Notes: generated from the sequence alone by a model not told the origin. 64,000 nucleotides of DNA from Anaerohalosphaeraceae bacterium (GCA_050309605.1 JBNRMN010000063.1:1-64000), one strand, 5' to 3'; positions 19,606 to 30,738 are shown, counted from the first letter of the stretch. Numbers and translations: made by a program.

Positions 19606-20390
19606 AATGTATGCTTAGAACGATGTGGGCGCTGATGATGTGTGCGGCTGTTGCCGGCGCTTTCGGTGCGTCCCAGCGCAACCGGCCGATTGCCGAAGGG
19701 CACCTGATCGCCGGCGTCGAAGGACATATGGTCTATGACCCCAATGAAATGCAGTGGGCCTTTGTCCCGAACGAGCCGATTACCGACGGCAAGGGACACC
19801 TGTCGGCCGATGAAAAGACGGCATTGCTGGCTTGTTCGGTGCTGGAGCAGATGATTCGACTGGCCGGCGAGCAGAAGGCGATGGACGTGCGGCTGTGGGC
19901 AATGGCAACTGAATATCGCGGGCACAATTATTTATTTAGCTTGTACTTTTTGCCGATGAGAGAGGCCGCTGCGGAACCTTCGAAACCCGATCCGTCGCAA
20001 TCGGGCGAGACCGAACAGACGCAACACGAATCCATCCTGCCTTCCGAGATACTCGAGATGATGCAGCGCAATCGGGCGCCGGATCTGCGGCGGCTGGATG
20101 AGCTGGTCGTCGTCAGCACCGACCGCAATCTGATCCATCGCACGGGCATGATAGAGCGCAGCGGCGAGAGCTTTGCATTTCGTCCGGATGCGTTCGGGCA
20201 GAATGTTGCCGAGGCGTCGTATCGTCTGCTGCCGTGCCGGACGCTGGAAGCGATACAGCGCACGCTGCAGCGCACACCGGGCCGACAGCGGTATGTGGTT
20301 TCCGGCGTGGTCACGGAGTTTGAAGGTCGGACGTATCTGCTGCCGCGTCGGGCGGTGCGGACCTATACGCATGGAAATTTCACGCCGTAA
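19602..20390 (+). CDS. secreted hypothetical protein with two similar domains
   Basis: signal peptide; repeated LLAC..LE...TEYRGHNYL and LLPC..LE...TEFEGRTYL. Confidence 0.7.
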   Translation: MKCMLRTMWALMMCAAVAGAFGASQRNRPIAEGHLIAGVEGHMVYDPNEMQWAFVPNEPITDGKGHLSADEKTALLACSVLEQMIRLAGEQKAMDVRLWAMATEYRGHNYLFSLYFLPMREAAAEPSKPDPSQSGETEQTQHESILPSEILEMMQRNRAPDLRRLDELVVVSTDRNLIHRTGMIERSGESFAFRPDAFGQNVAEASYRLLPCRTLEAIQRTLQRTPGRQRYVVSGVVTEFEGRTYLLPRRAVRTYTHGNFTP

Positions 20391-20408
20391 TGATGAGGAA
20401 CAATTGCG

Positions 20409-21713
20409 TTGAAGACAGCATTTGATGAACTGTTGATGGCGGCTTCGGAGCCTGGATTTGAGGAACGGATGCACCGGCTGCGTCGCGAGCATTCGATGAG
20501 CGAATTTTTGAAAGATCGCGCCGAACTGGCCGAGACGGTAAGGCAAATCGTCTCCGAGGTAGGCCGGCGAGGCGATGCGGCGGTAGCCGAATACACTGAG
20601 CGGTTTGACAGGATTGGCCTGTCGCCTCAAGAGTTTCGCATTCCGCAGGATACCCTGGCCGCGGCGCACACGCAGCTTGATGCGACGCTGCTGACAACGC
20701 TGCGCAAAGCCATTGCCAATATTCGCCGTTATCAGTCTGAGATTTTTATCGGTAACCAAAACACGCATCCGGGCATCCGCTACTCGCCGCTGAAGCGCGT
20801 GGGGGTGTGCATTCCCGGCGCCAGTGCGCCGCTTCCCAGTACGGTGATGATGACGGCGATTCCGGCGCAGGTCGCCGGCGTCAGGGACATCGTGGTGGTT
20901 TCGCCGCCGCGGTGGCAAGGCGGCATTCATCCGGTGATCCTGGGCTTGTGTTATGAGCTGGGCATCACCGAGGTGTATCGTCTGGGCGGAGCGCAGGCGG
21001 TCGCAGCGCTGGCCTGGGGTACCGAGACCATTGTCAAAGTCGATAAAATCGTCGGCCCCGGCCATGACGTGGTGCAGCTTGCCAAAAAGGAAGTCTTCGG
21101 CCTGGTGGATATGGATTCGTTCGCCGGGCCGAGCGATGTGCTGATTGTCGCCAACGCCCAGGCCAATCCCGCGTGGGTGGCGGCCGATATGCTCAGTCAG
21201 GCCGAGCACGACCCCGGCGCGGGTATCGTGGTCACCGATTCACTGAAGTTTGCCCGGTCGGTGCTGGCGGAGTTGGAACAGCAAGTGCCCCGACTCGATC
21301 GCGCCGAAGCGGCGGCGCGTTGCCTGAAGGCGTACAGCGGCATCGTGGTTTGTGAGTCGATGGACGCGGTGATTGCCTGGGCCAACGACTTTGCGGCCGA
21401 GCATTTGCAGGTGCAGTGCGGCAGCGCCAGTCGGGCTGTGGCCGAGAAGCTGATCAATGCCGGGGCAATCTTCATCGGGCCGTTTACGCCGGTGGCGGTG
21501 GGCGATTATTGGGCCGGGCCAAGCCACACCCTGCCGACCCGCCAGACGAGCAAATATTTCAGCGCGGTCACCAGCAACGATTTTATTAAATCCAGCAGCA
21601 TCATTGAATACGCGCACGCCGAACTGGCCGCCGCGGCCGAGGACATTGTTCGTCTGGCGACGGTCGAAGGACTGGACGCCCACGCCAAAAGTGTCCAAAA
21701 ACGTCTTGAATAA
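20409..21713 (+). CDS. hisD: histidinol dehydrogenase
   Basis: GGAQAVAALAWGTE, DKIVGPG, AGPSD, SQAEHD, EHL, GDYWAGPSHTLPT. Confidence 0.95.
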   Translation: MKTAFDELLMAASEPGFEERMHRLRREHSMSEFLKDRAELAETVRQIVSEVGRRGDAAVAEYTERFDRIGLSPQEFRIPQDTLAAAHTQLDATLLTTLRKAIANIRRYQSEIFIGNQNTHPGIRYSPLKRVGVCIPGASAPLPSTVMMTAIPAQVAGVRDIVVVSPPRWQGGIHPVILGLCYELGITEVYRLGGAQAVAALAWGTETIVKVDKIVGPGHDVVQLAKKEVFGLVDMDSFAGPSDVLIVANAQANPAWVAADMLSQAEHDPGAGIVVTDSLKFARSVLAELEQQVPRLDRAEAAARCLKAYSGIVVCESMDAVIAWANDFAAEHLQVQCGSASRAVAEKLINAGAIFIGPFTPVAVGDYWAGPSHTLPTRQTSKYFSAVTSNDFIKSSSIIEYAHAELAAAAEDIVRLATVEGLDAHAKSVQKRLE

Positions 21714-21887
21714 ACAAGAAATTATCGATATATAACGTATCGTGCCCGTCCTGTACGCCGATTCGACGGTGAAAAGCGAATAATTTGCAGAAATATCACT
21801 AATTTTCGTTAAAAATGCGCATCTTCTGCGCCGTCTATTAACAGCCGGAATACAGCGGATTGGTTTCGAACAAAGCGGGGGTTTTCT

Positions 21888-23867
21888 ATGCAAAAATTTG
21901 TTATCATCGTGTTGTCTTTTGCCGCCTTTGCCGTCGGTTCGGCCCAGGCCGAGGTGCTGGCTTATTGGCGATTTGAGCAGGGGCCGGACGCGGCCCTGGC
22001 GACCAAGCCGTTCGGCGTCGCCGACGTGTCCGGCAACGGTAATTCTCTGGATCCGTGGGCGCAAGGCGGCGATGGCGGTTATGCGTATCGCAGCGAAACG
22101 GCCTATGCGCCGGTACCGCAGACCCAGGCGACCAACCGCTTCAGCGTGAAAAATACCGGCCCGGCGCCGGGGCTAAGTACCCGGTCAGCCGCGCAAAGTT
22201 ACGGCCCCGGCAGTCATCCGAGCGGCATTGATATAGAGGCCGTAACGCCGGCGCAATTCACCATTGAGGCGTTTTTCAAGCCGGAAACCGGCACGCACCA
22301 TCGCACGATTGTCGGGCGCGATGCGTATGGCGTGGCGTCTATCGACGCTCGTCTGGCGGCGCTGTATTTTCAGATACGACCGGATCAGAGCGTGGCGATA
22401 TGTTTTGCCGATGTGTCGGGCTATTGGCATGTGGCCGGTTCGGCACCGGGGATGATCCGCGGATTTGACTGGAGCAGCGACCCGGAGGGCAAAACGGGCG
22501 TGTGGTATTATATGGCCGCGGTCAGCGACGGTGCGACATTGTCGCTGTATCTGGCCAACGTTTCGGGGGGAACCGACCCGCACCTTGTGGCGCAAACCGA
22601 TTTGACGCTCAGCGGCAGCCCCGATACGGCGCTGGCCAAAGGCACGACCAGCGGCAGCAACTGGCACGCCGGCGGCTGGTCGGTCGGGCGCGGGCTGTGG
22701 AACGGGTCGCACACCGATCGCGCGTATGGATATATTGACGAGGTGCGCATCTTTGCAGCAGCGCTGAGGCCGGAGCAATTTTTGATGATGCCCAAACCGA
22801 CCGTCGATCGCAATCCCGTGATGGACGCGGCCGATCCGGATGTGCTGCTGGTCGATAAGACCGTTTGGGTGTATCCCACCTCCGGGCTGCGAACGCGGTT
22901 TTATGCCTATTCTTCAAAGGATTTAGTCAATTGGCAAACGCACGGGCCGATTTTGAATTTTCGCACTATTTCGTGGATTCCCTCCGACAAGCACGCCTGG
23001 GCGCCGGGAGTGATTGAGAAACACGGCACGTATTATTTCTATTATTCGGTTGGCCCCAAGCCCTCGCATATCGGGGTGGCCTGGAGCGATTCCCCGGCGG
23101 GGCCGTTTATTGACAGCGGAGGACCGCTGCTGTCGGACAACAACGACCCGACGTTTGAGGCGATTGATGCGATGGCCTTTACAGATCCGAAAACCGGTAT
23201 TTCTTATCTGTACGCCGGCGGCAGTGCCGGTTCCCGGCTGCGCGTCTTTGAACTGAACGATGATATGATCAGTTTTGCCCGCGAGATTCCGGTGCAGAAT
23301 CCGCCCTATTTTACGGAAGGGGCGTTTATGCACACGCGCAACGGGATTTACTATTTATCGTACAGCCACGGCGGATGGAACAGCGATACGTATTCGGTGC
23401 ACTACTGTACAGCGAACAGTCCGGTCGGCCCGTGGACGTATCGCGGCGCATTGATGGTCAGCGACGGCTTTCACAAAGGGCCGGGACACCATTCGATTCT
23501 GTATAATCCGGCTATGGGGCAGTGGTATATCTTTTATCATCGGTGGAATAACCGCACGGGGTCGGGGCCGTATTCCGGCTCGCGTTCCATTGCCATTGAA
23601 GAGCTGTTCTATGAATCTGACGGTCGGATTCGTCCGTTTATCCTGACCGATACAGGTGTCGGGCCGATGTGGCTTGGCAAGACGCTGCCGGCGGATTTGA
23701 CCGGCAGCGGGGTGGTGGATGTGCTGGATTTGCGCCGGTTGGCCGGATCCTGGTTGACGGCGGATACGCCGGTGGATATTGCGCCTATCGGCGGCGACGG
23801 CATTGTAAATCTTTGCGATCTTGCTGTTTTGGCTTCGCAATGGCTGCAATCCCCGAAAACAGAGTGA
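21888..23867 (+). CDS. secreted GH43 glycoside hydrolase with N-terminal LamG domain and C-terminal dockerin-like motif
   Basis: signal peptide; AYWRFE..GYIDEVRI; AADP, WAPG, AID, TEG, GPGHHS; C-term ADLTGSG..WL..GDGIVN..WL. Confidence 0.9.
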   Translation: MQKFVIIVLSFAAFAVGSAQAEVLAYWRFEQGPDAALATKPFGVADVSGNGNSLDPWAQGGDGGYAYRSETAYAPVPQTQATNRFSVKNTGPAPGLSTRSAAQSYGPGSHPSGIDIEAVTPAQFTIEAFFKPETGTHHRTIVGRDAYGVASIDARLAALYFQIRPDQSVAICFADVSGYWHVAGSAPGMIRGFDWSSDPEGKTGVWYYMAAVSDGATLSLYLANVSGGTDPHLVAQTDLTLSGSPDTALAKGTTSGSNWHAGGWSVGRGLWNGSHTDRAYGYIDEVRIFAAALRPEQFLMMPKPTVDRNPVMDAADPDVLLVDKTVWVYPTSGLRTRFYAYSSKDLVNWQTHGPILNFRTISWIPSDKHAWAPGVIEKHGTYYFYYSVGPKPSHIGVAWSDSPAGPFIDSGGPLLSDNNDPTFEAIDAMAFTDPKTGISYLYAGGSAGSRLRVFELNDDMISFAREIPVQNPPYFTEGAFMHTRNGIYYLSYSHGGWNSDTYSVHYCTANSPVGPWTYRGALMVSDGFHKGPGHHSILYNPAMGQWYIFYHRWNNRTGSGPYSGSRSIAIEELFYESDGRIRPFILTDTGVGPMWLGKTLPADLTGSGVVDVLDLRRLAGSWLTADTPVDIAPIGGDGIVNLCDLAVLASQWLQSPKTE

Positions 23868-23951
23868 AATGTTGAAAAAAACTTTGCAATTGCCAAGCGG
23901 GTCTGTGATACTGCGAAGTGGAAATGAGTTAAGACAAGAAAGGATGTCAGT

Positions 23952-24383
23952 ATGACGACCAAGGCACAAGCCGGAGATGTTGTAAAGGTCCATTATACCG
24001 GAAAACTGGACGACGGCACGGTGTTTGACAGTTCGGTTGAACGTGAACCGCTCCAATACAAGATTGGAGACGGACAGTTAATCCCTGATTTTGAGAATGC
24101 GGCCGTCGGGATGGAAGTCAACGAGACAAAGACGATCACGATTCCGGCCGAGAACGCCTACGGCCCGCGGCTTGATGAGCGTGTGATTCCGGTCAGCCGC
24201 AGTCAGGTCCCGCCGGATATGGAATTGAAGGTCGGCGACACGATAGAAGTCGGCACACGCGACGGCCAGCGCCTGCTGGTGAAAGTGGCAGCGCTGGATG
24301 ATGAAAACGTGACGCTCGACACCAATCACGCCCTGGCGGGGGAAGATTTGACATTTGATATTACGCTGGTGGAAATCGCTTAA
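23952..24383 (+). CDS. slyD: FKBP-type peptidyl-prolyl isomerase (SlyD/SlpA-like)
   Basis: VHYTGKLDDGTVFDSS, AYG, DTNHALAGEDLTF. Confidence 0.9.
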   Translation: MTTKAQAGDVVKVHYTGKLDDGTVFDSSVEREPLQYKIGDGQLIPDFENAAVGMEVNETKTITIPAENAYGPRLDERVIPVSRSQVPPDMELKVGDTIEVGTRDGQRLLVKVAALDDENVTLDTNHALAGEDLTFDITLVEIA

Positions 24384-24394
24384 TCGGCGGATCG

Positions 24395-24445
24395 AAAAAA
24401 TGGAGTTGTGAAGCGATATCTTGATACCTTCACAACTCCTTTTTT
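24395..24445. terminator. bidirectional rho-independent terminator
   Basis: AAAAAA-GGAGTTGTGAAG...CTTCACAACTCC-TTTTTT between convergent genes. Confidence 0.85.
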
Positions 24446-24499
24446 ATTGAACGGTGCGGCGTTCGGCTCTGATCTTTCCAGAAAACCTGTCAGGCCGGG

Positions 24500-27400
24500 T
24501 CAGTATCCCGGCGAGGGGGTCGCAGCCGTCCAGTTGGCCGAATCATTTCCGGGCGCGGTCGGCGCCGATGAGAGACGCACCAAAGCCTCCCCGTCGCCGT
24601 CGGGACTGACCGGCCAGGGCGCATAATCGCTGTAAATGACCTGATCGACGGTAATCCACCATGTTCCCATATCCTGAGGTTCCTGCAGGTCGATTCGTTC
24701 GCCGCTGTTGGACAAATTGCCCGACCACGGCCCGAAGATGTCAGTCCCCGCCGTGAGGCTGGAGCCGTAGGTCGTATTAAACGCCGCCAGTCGGGCGGTT
24801 TCCACCGTCGGGTCAAATCCGACGATGACGATTCTGCCGCCGGCGGGAATGCTGAGTGGCATGGGAAAGACATACGAAATACCGCTGTCCAATCGCCAGG
24901 AACCTTCCTGATTATACAAATTCACCGTTGCGCCGGTCGGGTTGTACAGTTCGAGATATTCATCGTCATCGGTATCGCGTGTCGGATGGTACATGATTTC
25001 GCTGATGACCACGGGCGGCTGAATCGGGTCGGCGTTGGCCGCGCCGCGTGTGCCGGGCGCAGCGAGGAAGAACCAGCGTTGGTCGCCGTCGGGGAATCGT
25101 CCCCAGGAGATACTGTTTTCCTGGCCGCCGAATTTGAGGCAATCGAGCACGCGATCTTCGGCGGTTCCGGGCAGATACGACAAAAAGACGTATTCGCCTT
25201 CTTTGGACAAGCCGAAATTGAAGCCGGACACCTGATCAAAGCTGACCCATCCGCCGGCTGGAACCACCCCCTCAGGCAAAGCCCATTTCTTCAAATCGGT
25301 CGGGTCATCGCTGAGATACCACCGGTCGTCATAAGCCATATCGGCGCCGGTCGGATTGTACAGTTCAATCCAGTCGTTGCTGGTCAACTGTGAATTCGGA
25401 TAATCCGTATGCGCCATCACCTCGTTGACCAGCAGACTTGCCGCAGGGGCCGGATCATCGGCGCCGGGGGAGCCGTGGATGCGTGTGCTTTGCCGCCAGT
25501 TGCCGTTATAGTTCAACGAGCCGTCGGGCTGACCGGGCAGGGCCGTCTCAAGCGGCACGAGCGAGTGTCCTGCTCCGTCCGCCGCGGCCGGCCAGCCGAA
25601 GCTGTCATTGTATTCGAAATCGGCGATAACGCCGTTGATCGAATCGACCAGGGTTATTCGCTCGCCGTCATTGCTCAGACGGCCGGAATACTCGCCGGCA
25701 ATGCGGTCGGCCAGACCGGGATAGCGCAGATTAAAGGCCGCGGCGTTGCGGACGACCAGTACGAACTCGCCCGGCTGTAATGTGGTAACTGCGCTGTCGG
25801 CGAAATCAAAGGTCACGCCGCGCGTCAGTGCGACATAGGACAAATCGAGTGTTTCGTCGGGGCTGATGTTCTTTAGTTCGATAAATTCGAATTCATTTTT
25901 GTCAATATCCGGTTCCCCTTTCGCCAAATTGGCCGGGGCCGGATGGTACATCATCTCGGTCAGCCGCAAATCCTCAAGGATGCCGACGCTGAGCGGCCGG
26001 CCGGTGGTAAATTGAATCGGATCCGACCAGTGCGACCAGCGGCCGCTGTTGTCTCTCATTCGGCTGCGAACGCGATAGAGCCGATCGGTGCGAACGACGC
26101 CGGCGGGAATCTTCACTGTCAACTGCGACGGATCGGTGATCGCCGGACTTTCCCACAGGGTTTCGATTTCATATTTGCCGCGTTTGACCTTTTGGAACGG
26201 CGCCGGTTCGGACGGTTCGGCGGCGTAGGTCGCCTTCAGCGTCAGATCAATGGACAGATCGGAGCTGGTCAAGTTGTCGTTGAGCACGTGTACGGCGATG
26301 ATGTTTTGGCCTTCGACGAAATAATCGGTCGGCGTTGGCAGTGAGATGGTGTACCAGGTCGGTTCGACATAGCCGGTTCCGTTCGTTGCGTCCCACGCCT
26401 TGAATTCACTTGTGCAATTCTGCCGAGCGACTTGCGTCCCGTTGATCCAGATGATGCATCCGTCATCCACATAGACGCGCATCGTAAACGATTCGATGTC
26501 CTCCAGATTTGTCACCTCAAAAGTCTTGCGCAGATAAATGGTTGTATAATTGTATCGCATCGGCGGCGTCTGCTGCGACAGATCCGTCAGGTCGTCGTTG
26601 TCGCCGTAGCCGATGCTGGTTTGGCCGATTTGCCAGTCGGTGTCGTCAAAACTTAACGTTCGCCACGCCGAGACCGGATCGGACGGTTCGCCGCTGATGG
26701 CACGATAATATTTCCAGATTTCGTTTTCCGTAATCAGATCTATTGTCTGCGGCTGTTGATCATCCGGCGGTGTAACGGGCGTATAAGGTTCAACCTCGGC
26801 GATGCGCCATTTGAGTGCGGAAAACGTCCCGCTGCCCTGCGGATCGCTGAATGCGGAGGTCTGAAATTTCAAATCGTTAATCGGAAAATTTTCCGCGCCG
26901 ATATAGGTCACCGAGGGTGTGTGAGGGATCGCCGGATCGGCAATGACCGATAACAGGGAATGCAGTCCGTAGCTTCCGCTGAGAAAACCGCTCATTCCTT
27001 CCGGCGTGAGAAACTGTTTGTAATAGGCAACCATATTGTCCCAGTTTTCCGCTCTGCCGGGTTGGGCGAAAAATTCATTATGTTTATACCAGAGATTTTT
27101 GTAGCGACTGGATACCTTTGGATGGTTGTTCCACATCGCCTGTTCGGCGTCCACAAACCATCGTCCATTGTATGACGCGGCAATCACCGCGGCCAGTTCA
27201 TCGACCAACTGATCGGTTTGACGCCAGCCGTAATGATTGTTGTCAAACAGCAAATCCACCAGCTCACGCGCCCGATTTTCATAGGCCAGATTCAGCGCGG
27301 GGTATTGCAGACAGTGTCTGATATTTTCCCAACGCCACGGCTCATAGTGACTGCCCCACTCATACGTCAAATCCAAATCCCACGGATGGATGGACCATTG

Positions 27401-29467
27401 GTTGGTTATCGGGTCGCGGTAATAAAAACAATTTTCCTGTGCCCTTGGATCGGAATTGTTCATAACGATGCCGGCGGTTCTGAAACGATAATAGCCGTCC
27501 AGATCAACATTGTTTTCCCACCAGGTTTGGGACGAGGTCGCATTTTGCGCATTGACAAACGCGCTGACATCCGACTTGTCGGTCACCTGCGTGGCGCTTT
27601 GATTTCGCCGATCGGCGAACCCGTTTTCCATTTTATAGACGTTGCCGTCCTCCAGGTCGTGCTCTCGCAAAAACCGTCTGTCGGGATCTTCCACCGCGAA
27701 ATACAAACCCCAGAAGTCTCCGTCATATTGAGTCGGGCCGGACTCGGCGGCTGCGTCAATCACTCGGAAATGAAAATAATTGGTGTTGGGCGCAGGCACG
27801 CCGACCATATTATAAATACGGTAGCTTAATGGTTCATTGAGCAGCATCCCGCCGGTCCCCTGATCCCATGGGCCGTCCGGGTGCGGGTACTTCCACCACG
27901 GACACGTGCCGGTGCCAAGGACCAGATTGTCCCATGTGTTGTCGTACGTGTTGCCGTAATCATCCCGCGCCTGGAAATAATGGCCGCGATTGAAACGGAA
28001 TCGGCACTTGTTTTTACCCCACATAAAAGTTGAGGCCTGGCCGCGAATGTGGTAATAAATGTGGTCATACACTTTTCCGTCGTAGATCAGTGTTCCGGCA
28101 AAATGATACTTGCCGTCGTCCCACGCGGAGTTCCAGAAGCACGCCTCAACATCGCTGTTTCGGGAGATCAAATGATACACCGGCAAGGAGGTCAGCATTT
28201 CGGAATTATAGGTTGCCCCGTCGCCTGTCCAGGAGGGCACGCCGTCATAGACGAAATAGGCGAAGTTGGGCTGCGGGTCGTCCGGGTAGGGAACGGTCAG
28301 ACTGCGCGAACCGTTATCCACGGCCGTGATGCGATAACGTATCAGCCGCCGATGGACCTGGACGCCGGCGGAGACCTGTGCGGTATAAATCCCGTCACCG
28401 GCCACCGCGTCGCCGTTGACGCCGTCATCATTCATCGCAATGGCCGACCAGTTGGCCGGATTCTCGTAGGCCGGATTGGGCAGGGTGGGGGTGGTTGTTG
28501 AATAATTGGGCAGCGTGATGGGGATATAATTGCCGGGGTTGACAATCTGGCCGTAAAGCGTGACCGAGGCGACCCCGTCTGGATCGGTCACTTTTGCGGT
28601 TATGGTCACTATTTCGCCGGCTTTGGGTTGTTTGGGGGTATGGCTGACCTGACGAATAATCGGCGGCAGGTTTTCCGCATACACGGCCGTGTTCGCCGCG
28701 CCGGGGGTGGGGTAAGCGCTTCGCCAGTTGCCGCCGCGATGGTTATTAAACGCCGGATTGACAAGCTGAATCGAATGTCCCGTCCCCGGGCCGCTGACGC
28801 CGTCGCCGACGGTCGGCCAGGGAAAGCCGAGCTGATAGTCCACCTCGTCAACGACAAGGCCGTTGGCGGCGCGCAGTTGAATGGTCTCGCCGTCATTGGA
28901 CAGGCTCCCGGAAAAGGGACCGAATACTTTCGATGGGGGTGTGCCGTATTTGCTCTGAACAGAAGTCAGCGGAGCGATGGTGCGAACGGATGCATCTTCT
29001 GTTACAACAAGATAGTCCCCGGCGGCAAGGAGGGTGTTCGGCGGGAAGGTGTACGTGATTCCGGAGCCAAAATACCAGCCCGACAGGTCAACGGGCTGGT
29101 CGCCGGCATTGTGCAGTTCAACGAATTCGACCAATTCATAGGATAGGTCGGGGTCAAAGTGGATTTCATTGATGACAATGGGCGGGATTTGTTCATATTG
29201 CAGCCCCCATTCCCGTGCAAGCAGGGACAAGTCGTCCAGATTGACGCCGTCCTCGCCCACAAAATCCGCACAAGCATCGGAAAAACCTACACATCCGGCC
29301 GGAGCAAGCCATTGTTCAGCAAACAAGACCAAATCGGCAAAGGTAATCTTGCAGTCGCCGTCCAAGTCGGTGGTCAGGGGGCAGGAAAAGGCGGAAGAAG
29401 CCCACAAAACAATGATAAATACACAAAAAATTGCCGTCGGTGTGTTTGTTTTGATCATTTTCATCAT
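24500..29467 (-). CDS. secreted lamin-tail-domain/CotH kinase protein with N-terminal dockerin-like motif
   Basis: signal peptide; repeated INEI..EFVEL.N LTD modules; CotH-like RG..K..FN, WGLY..VE, N..Y, PWDLD. Confidence 0.88.
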   Translation of the reverse strand: MMKMIKTNTPTAIFCVFIIVLWASSAFSCPLTTDLDGDCKITFADLVLFAEQWLAPAGCVGFSDACADFVGEDGVNLDDLSLLAREWGLQYEQIPPIVINEIHFDPDLSYELVEFVELHNAGDQPVDLSGWYFGSGITYTFPPNTLLAAGDYLVVTEDASVRTIAPLTSVQSKYGTPPSKVFGPFSGSLSNDGETIQLRAANGLVVDEVDYQLGFPWPTVGDGVSGPGTGHSIQLVNPAFNNHRGGNWRSAYPTPGAANTAVYAENLPPIIRQVSHTPKQPKAGEIVTITAKVTDPDGVASVTLYGQIVNPGNYIPITLPNYSTTTPTLPNPAYENPANWSAIAMNDDGVNGDAVAGDGIYTAQVSAGVQVHRRLIRYRITAVDNGSRSLTVPYPDDPQPNFAYFVYDGVPSWTGDGATYNSEMLTSLPVYHLISRNSDVEACFWNSAWDDGKYHFAGTLIYDGKVYDHIYYHIRGQASTFMWGKNKCRFRFNRGHYFQARDDYGNTYDNTWDNLVLGTGTCPWWKYPHPDGPWDQGTGGMLLNEPLSYRIYNMVGVPAPNTNYFHFRVIDAAAESGPTQYDGDFWGLYFAVEDPDRRFLREHDLEDGNVYKMENGFADRRNQSATQVTDKSDVSAFVNAQNATSSQTWWENNVDLDGYYRFRTAGIVMNNSDPRAQENCFYYRDPITNQWSIHPWDLDLTYEWGSHYEPWRWENIRHCLQYPALNLAYENRARELVDLLFDNNHYGWRQTDQLVDELAAVIAASYNGRWFVDAEQAMWNNHPKVSSRYKNLWYKHNEFFAQPGRAENWDNMVAYYKQFLTPEGMSGFLSGSYGLHSLLSVIADPAIPHTPSVTYIGAENFPINDLKFQTSAFSDPQGSGTFSALKWRIAEVEPYTPVTPPDDQQPQTIDLITENEIWKYYRAISGEPSDPVSAWRTLSFDDTDWQIGQTSIGYGDNDDLTDLSQQTPPMRYNYTTIYLRKTFEVTNLEDIESFTMRVYVDDGCIIWINGTQVARQNCTSEFKAWDATNGTGYVEPTWYTISLPTPTDYFVEGQNIIAVHVLNDNLTSSDLSIDLTLKATYAAEPSEPAPFQKVKRGKYEIETLWESPAITDPSQLTVKIPAGVVRTDRLYRVRSRMRDNSGRWSHWSDPIQFTTGRPLSVGILEDLRLTEMMYHPAPANLAKGEPDIDKNEFEFIELKNISPDETLDLSYVALTRGVTFDFADSAVTTLQPGEFVLVVRNAAAFNLRYPGLADRIAGEYSGRLSNDGERITLVDSINGVIADFEYNDSFGWPAAADGAGHSLVPLETALPGQPDGSLNYNGNWRQSTRIHGSPGADDPAPAASLLVNEVMAHTDYPNSQLTSNDWIELYNPTGADMAYDDRWYLSDDPTDLKKWALPEGVVPAGGWVSFDQVSGFNFGLSKEGEYVFLSYLPGTAEDRVLDCLKFGGQENSISWGRFPDGDQRWFFLAAPGTRGAANADPIQPPVVISEIMYHPTRDTDDDEYLELYNPTGATVNLYNQEGSWRLDSGISYVFPMPLSIPAGGRIVIVGFDPTVETARLAAFNTTYGSSLTAGTDIFGPWSGNLSNSGERIDLQEPQDMGTWWITVDQVIYSDYAPWPVSPDGDGEALVRLSSAPTAPGNDSANWTAATPSPGY

Positions 29468-29796
29468 CCTGTTGTTTCGAGAGGGAGTGTATCGTCTTTA
29501 TAGCTCGGACGGAACAAGTGAAATAATCGTTTCACGAATGCACCCCACATAATTTGATACATTTAGATTTATTATACGCAATTTGATGATTCAATGCAAT
29601 ATCGGCATAAAAGCCGACCAAAAAAACCAAGAAAACATAAAAACCTTTTTTCCTTGCTTTTTATCGATGGATGATGAAATGAGCTTAGCCGCACTGGCAA
29701 AAGCGAAGGCGCGAAAGAACTTCCGATGGGCTGCAAAACCTGGGCACAATGGCTGAAAGATAACGGATTCAAAGGGTAGGTGTGCGGTCTTGAACC

Positions 29797-30096
29797 TCAG
29801 ACACGGTGCATCATTTTGAAGATGTTTTCGTTCTGGAATGTAATGTTTAGGTCCATCTCTTTGGCGATACGAGCGAGCTGTTTTTGAAGTTTGTCCATAT
29901 CGGCGGTCGCGTCGGTGATATCGCAGGCCATCGTCATCACAAAATACGCCTCCATAATCCGCTGGCTGACGTCAATGATGTTGACGTTGGCCCTGGCCAT
30001 GGTCGTGCTGATGCGGGCAATGATGCCGACCTTGTCCTTGCCGGTCACGGTCACGATGCAGATCTGCCGGGTCTTGTGGTCCTGTTTTTGCGCCAT
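29797..30096 (-). CDS. ACT domain protein (UPF0237-like)
   Basis: IVTVTGKDKVGIIA..NIIDVSQ..FVMTM..IFKMMHRV. Confidence 0.88.
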   Translation of the reverse strand: MAQKQDHKTRQICIVTVTGKDKVGIIARISTTMARANVNIIDVSQRIMEAYFVMTMACDITDATADMDKLQKQLARIAKEMDLNITFQNENIFKMMHRV

Positions 30097-30220
30097 TGGG
30101 CATTCCTGATAATGATTACGTTACGACGGCCATCTTATCGCCAGGGAGGGCAGGACGCAATAAAAAAGCGCCCGGGCGGTTGTGCAAAGAGATCAGCCGC
30201 GGGCTGAATATCCAAATATA

Positions 30221-30708
30221 ACCGAGGGTGTTGCCCTGGGCAGAGATCTGCCGCCCCTTCGGGGTGCACCAGCGCGACACACCAGCGCGGACAATAGCGC
30301 GGCCGCGCAAGCGGCCCGATGGGGGGTTCCGGATAGATGGGGCGTTTTGCAAGTCGCGACATTATCCGGCCGCTCGCGCGGCTCGGCTATTGTACGATGA
30401 CGCGACGCAACATCGCGCACAATAGCGCGGCGGCGCAAGCCGCCCGATAAGCGATGCGGATAAATGGGACGTTTTGCAAGTCGCGACATTATCCGGCCGC
30501 TTGCGCGGCTCGGCTATTGTAAAAACCAGCGCGGACACCAACGCGGACAACAGCGCGGCGGCGCAAGCCGCCCGATAGGGGGTTGCGGATAGATGGGGCG
30601 TTTTGCAAGACGCGACATGATCCAGCGGCTCGCGCCGCTCGGCTATTGTTACGTGACGTTATCCGGCCGCTTGCGCGGCTCGGCTATTGTACGTATCGCC
30701 ATCCGGCT
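30221..30708 (+). repeat. composite REP element copy 1 (family-B arm + 3 family-A REP doublets + tail)
   Basis: units ACAATAGCGCGGCCGCGCAAGCGGCCCGAT-spacer-ATCCGGCCGCTCGCGCGGCTCGGCTATTGT, ~127-bp period. Confidence 0.92.
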
Positions 30709-30738
30709 ATGAGGGGGGTATTGACACGGAAAATTGAC

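Noticed and set aside
29680..29790. c-di-GMP-I riboswitch (GGCAAA..GAAAG..GCAAAACC) or small ORF
   Set aside because: The stem around GAAA does not pair properly and no gene follows on that strand; one frame reads like a startless C-terminal fragment (..KTWAQWLKDNGFKG-stop), too weak to call.
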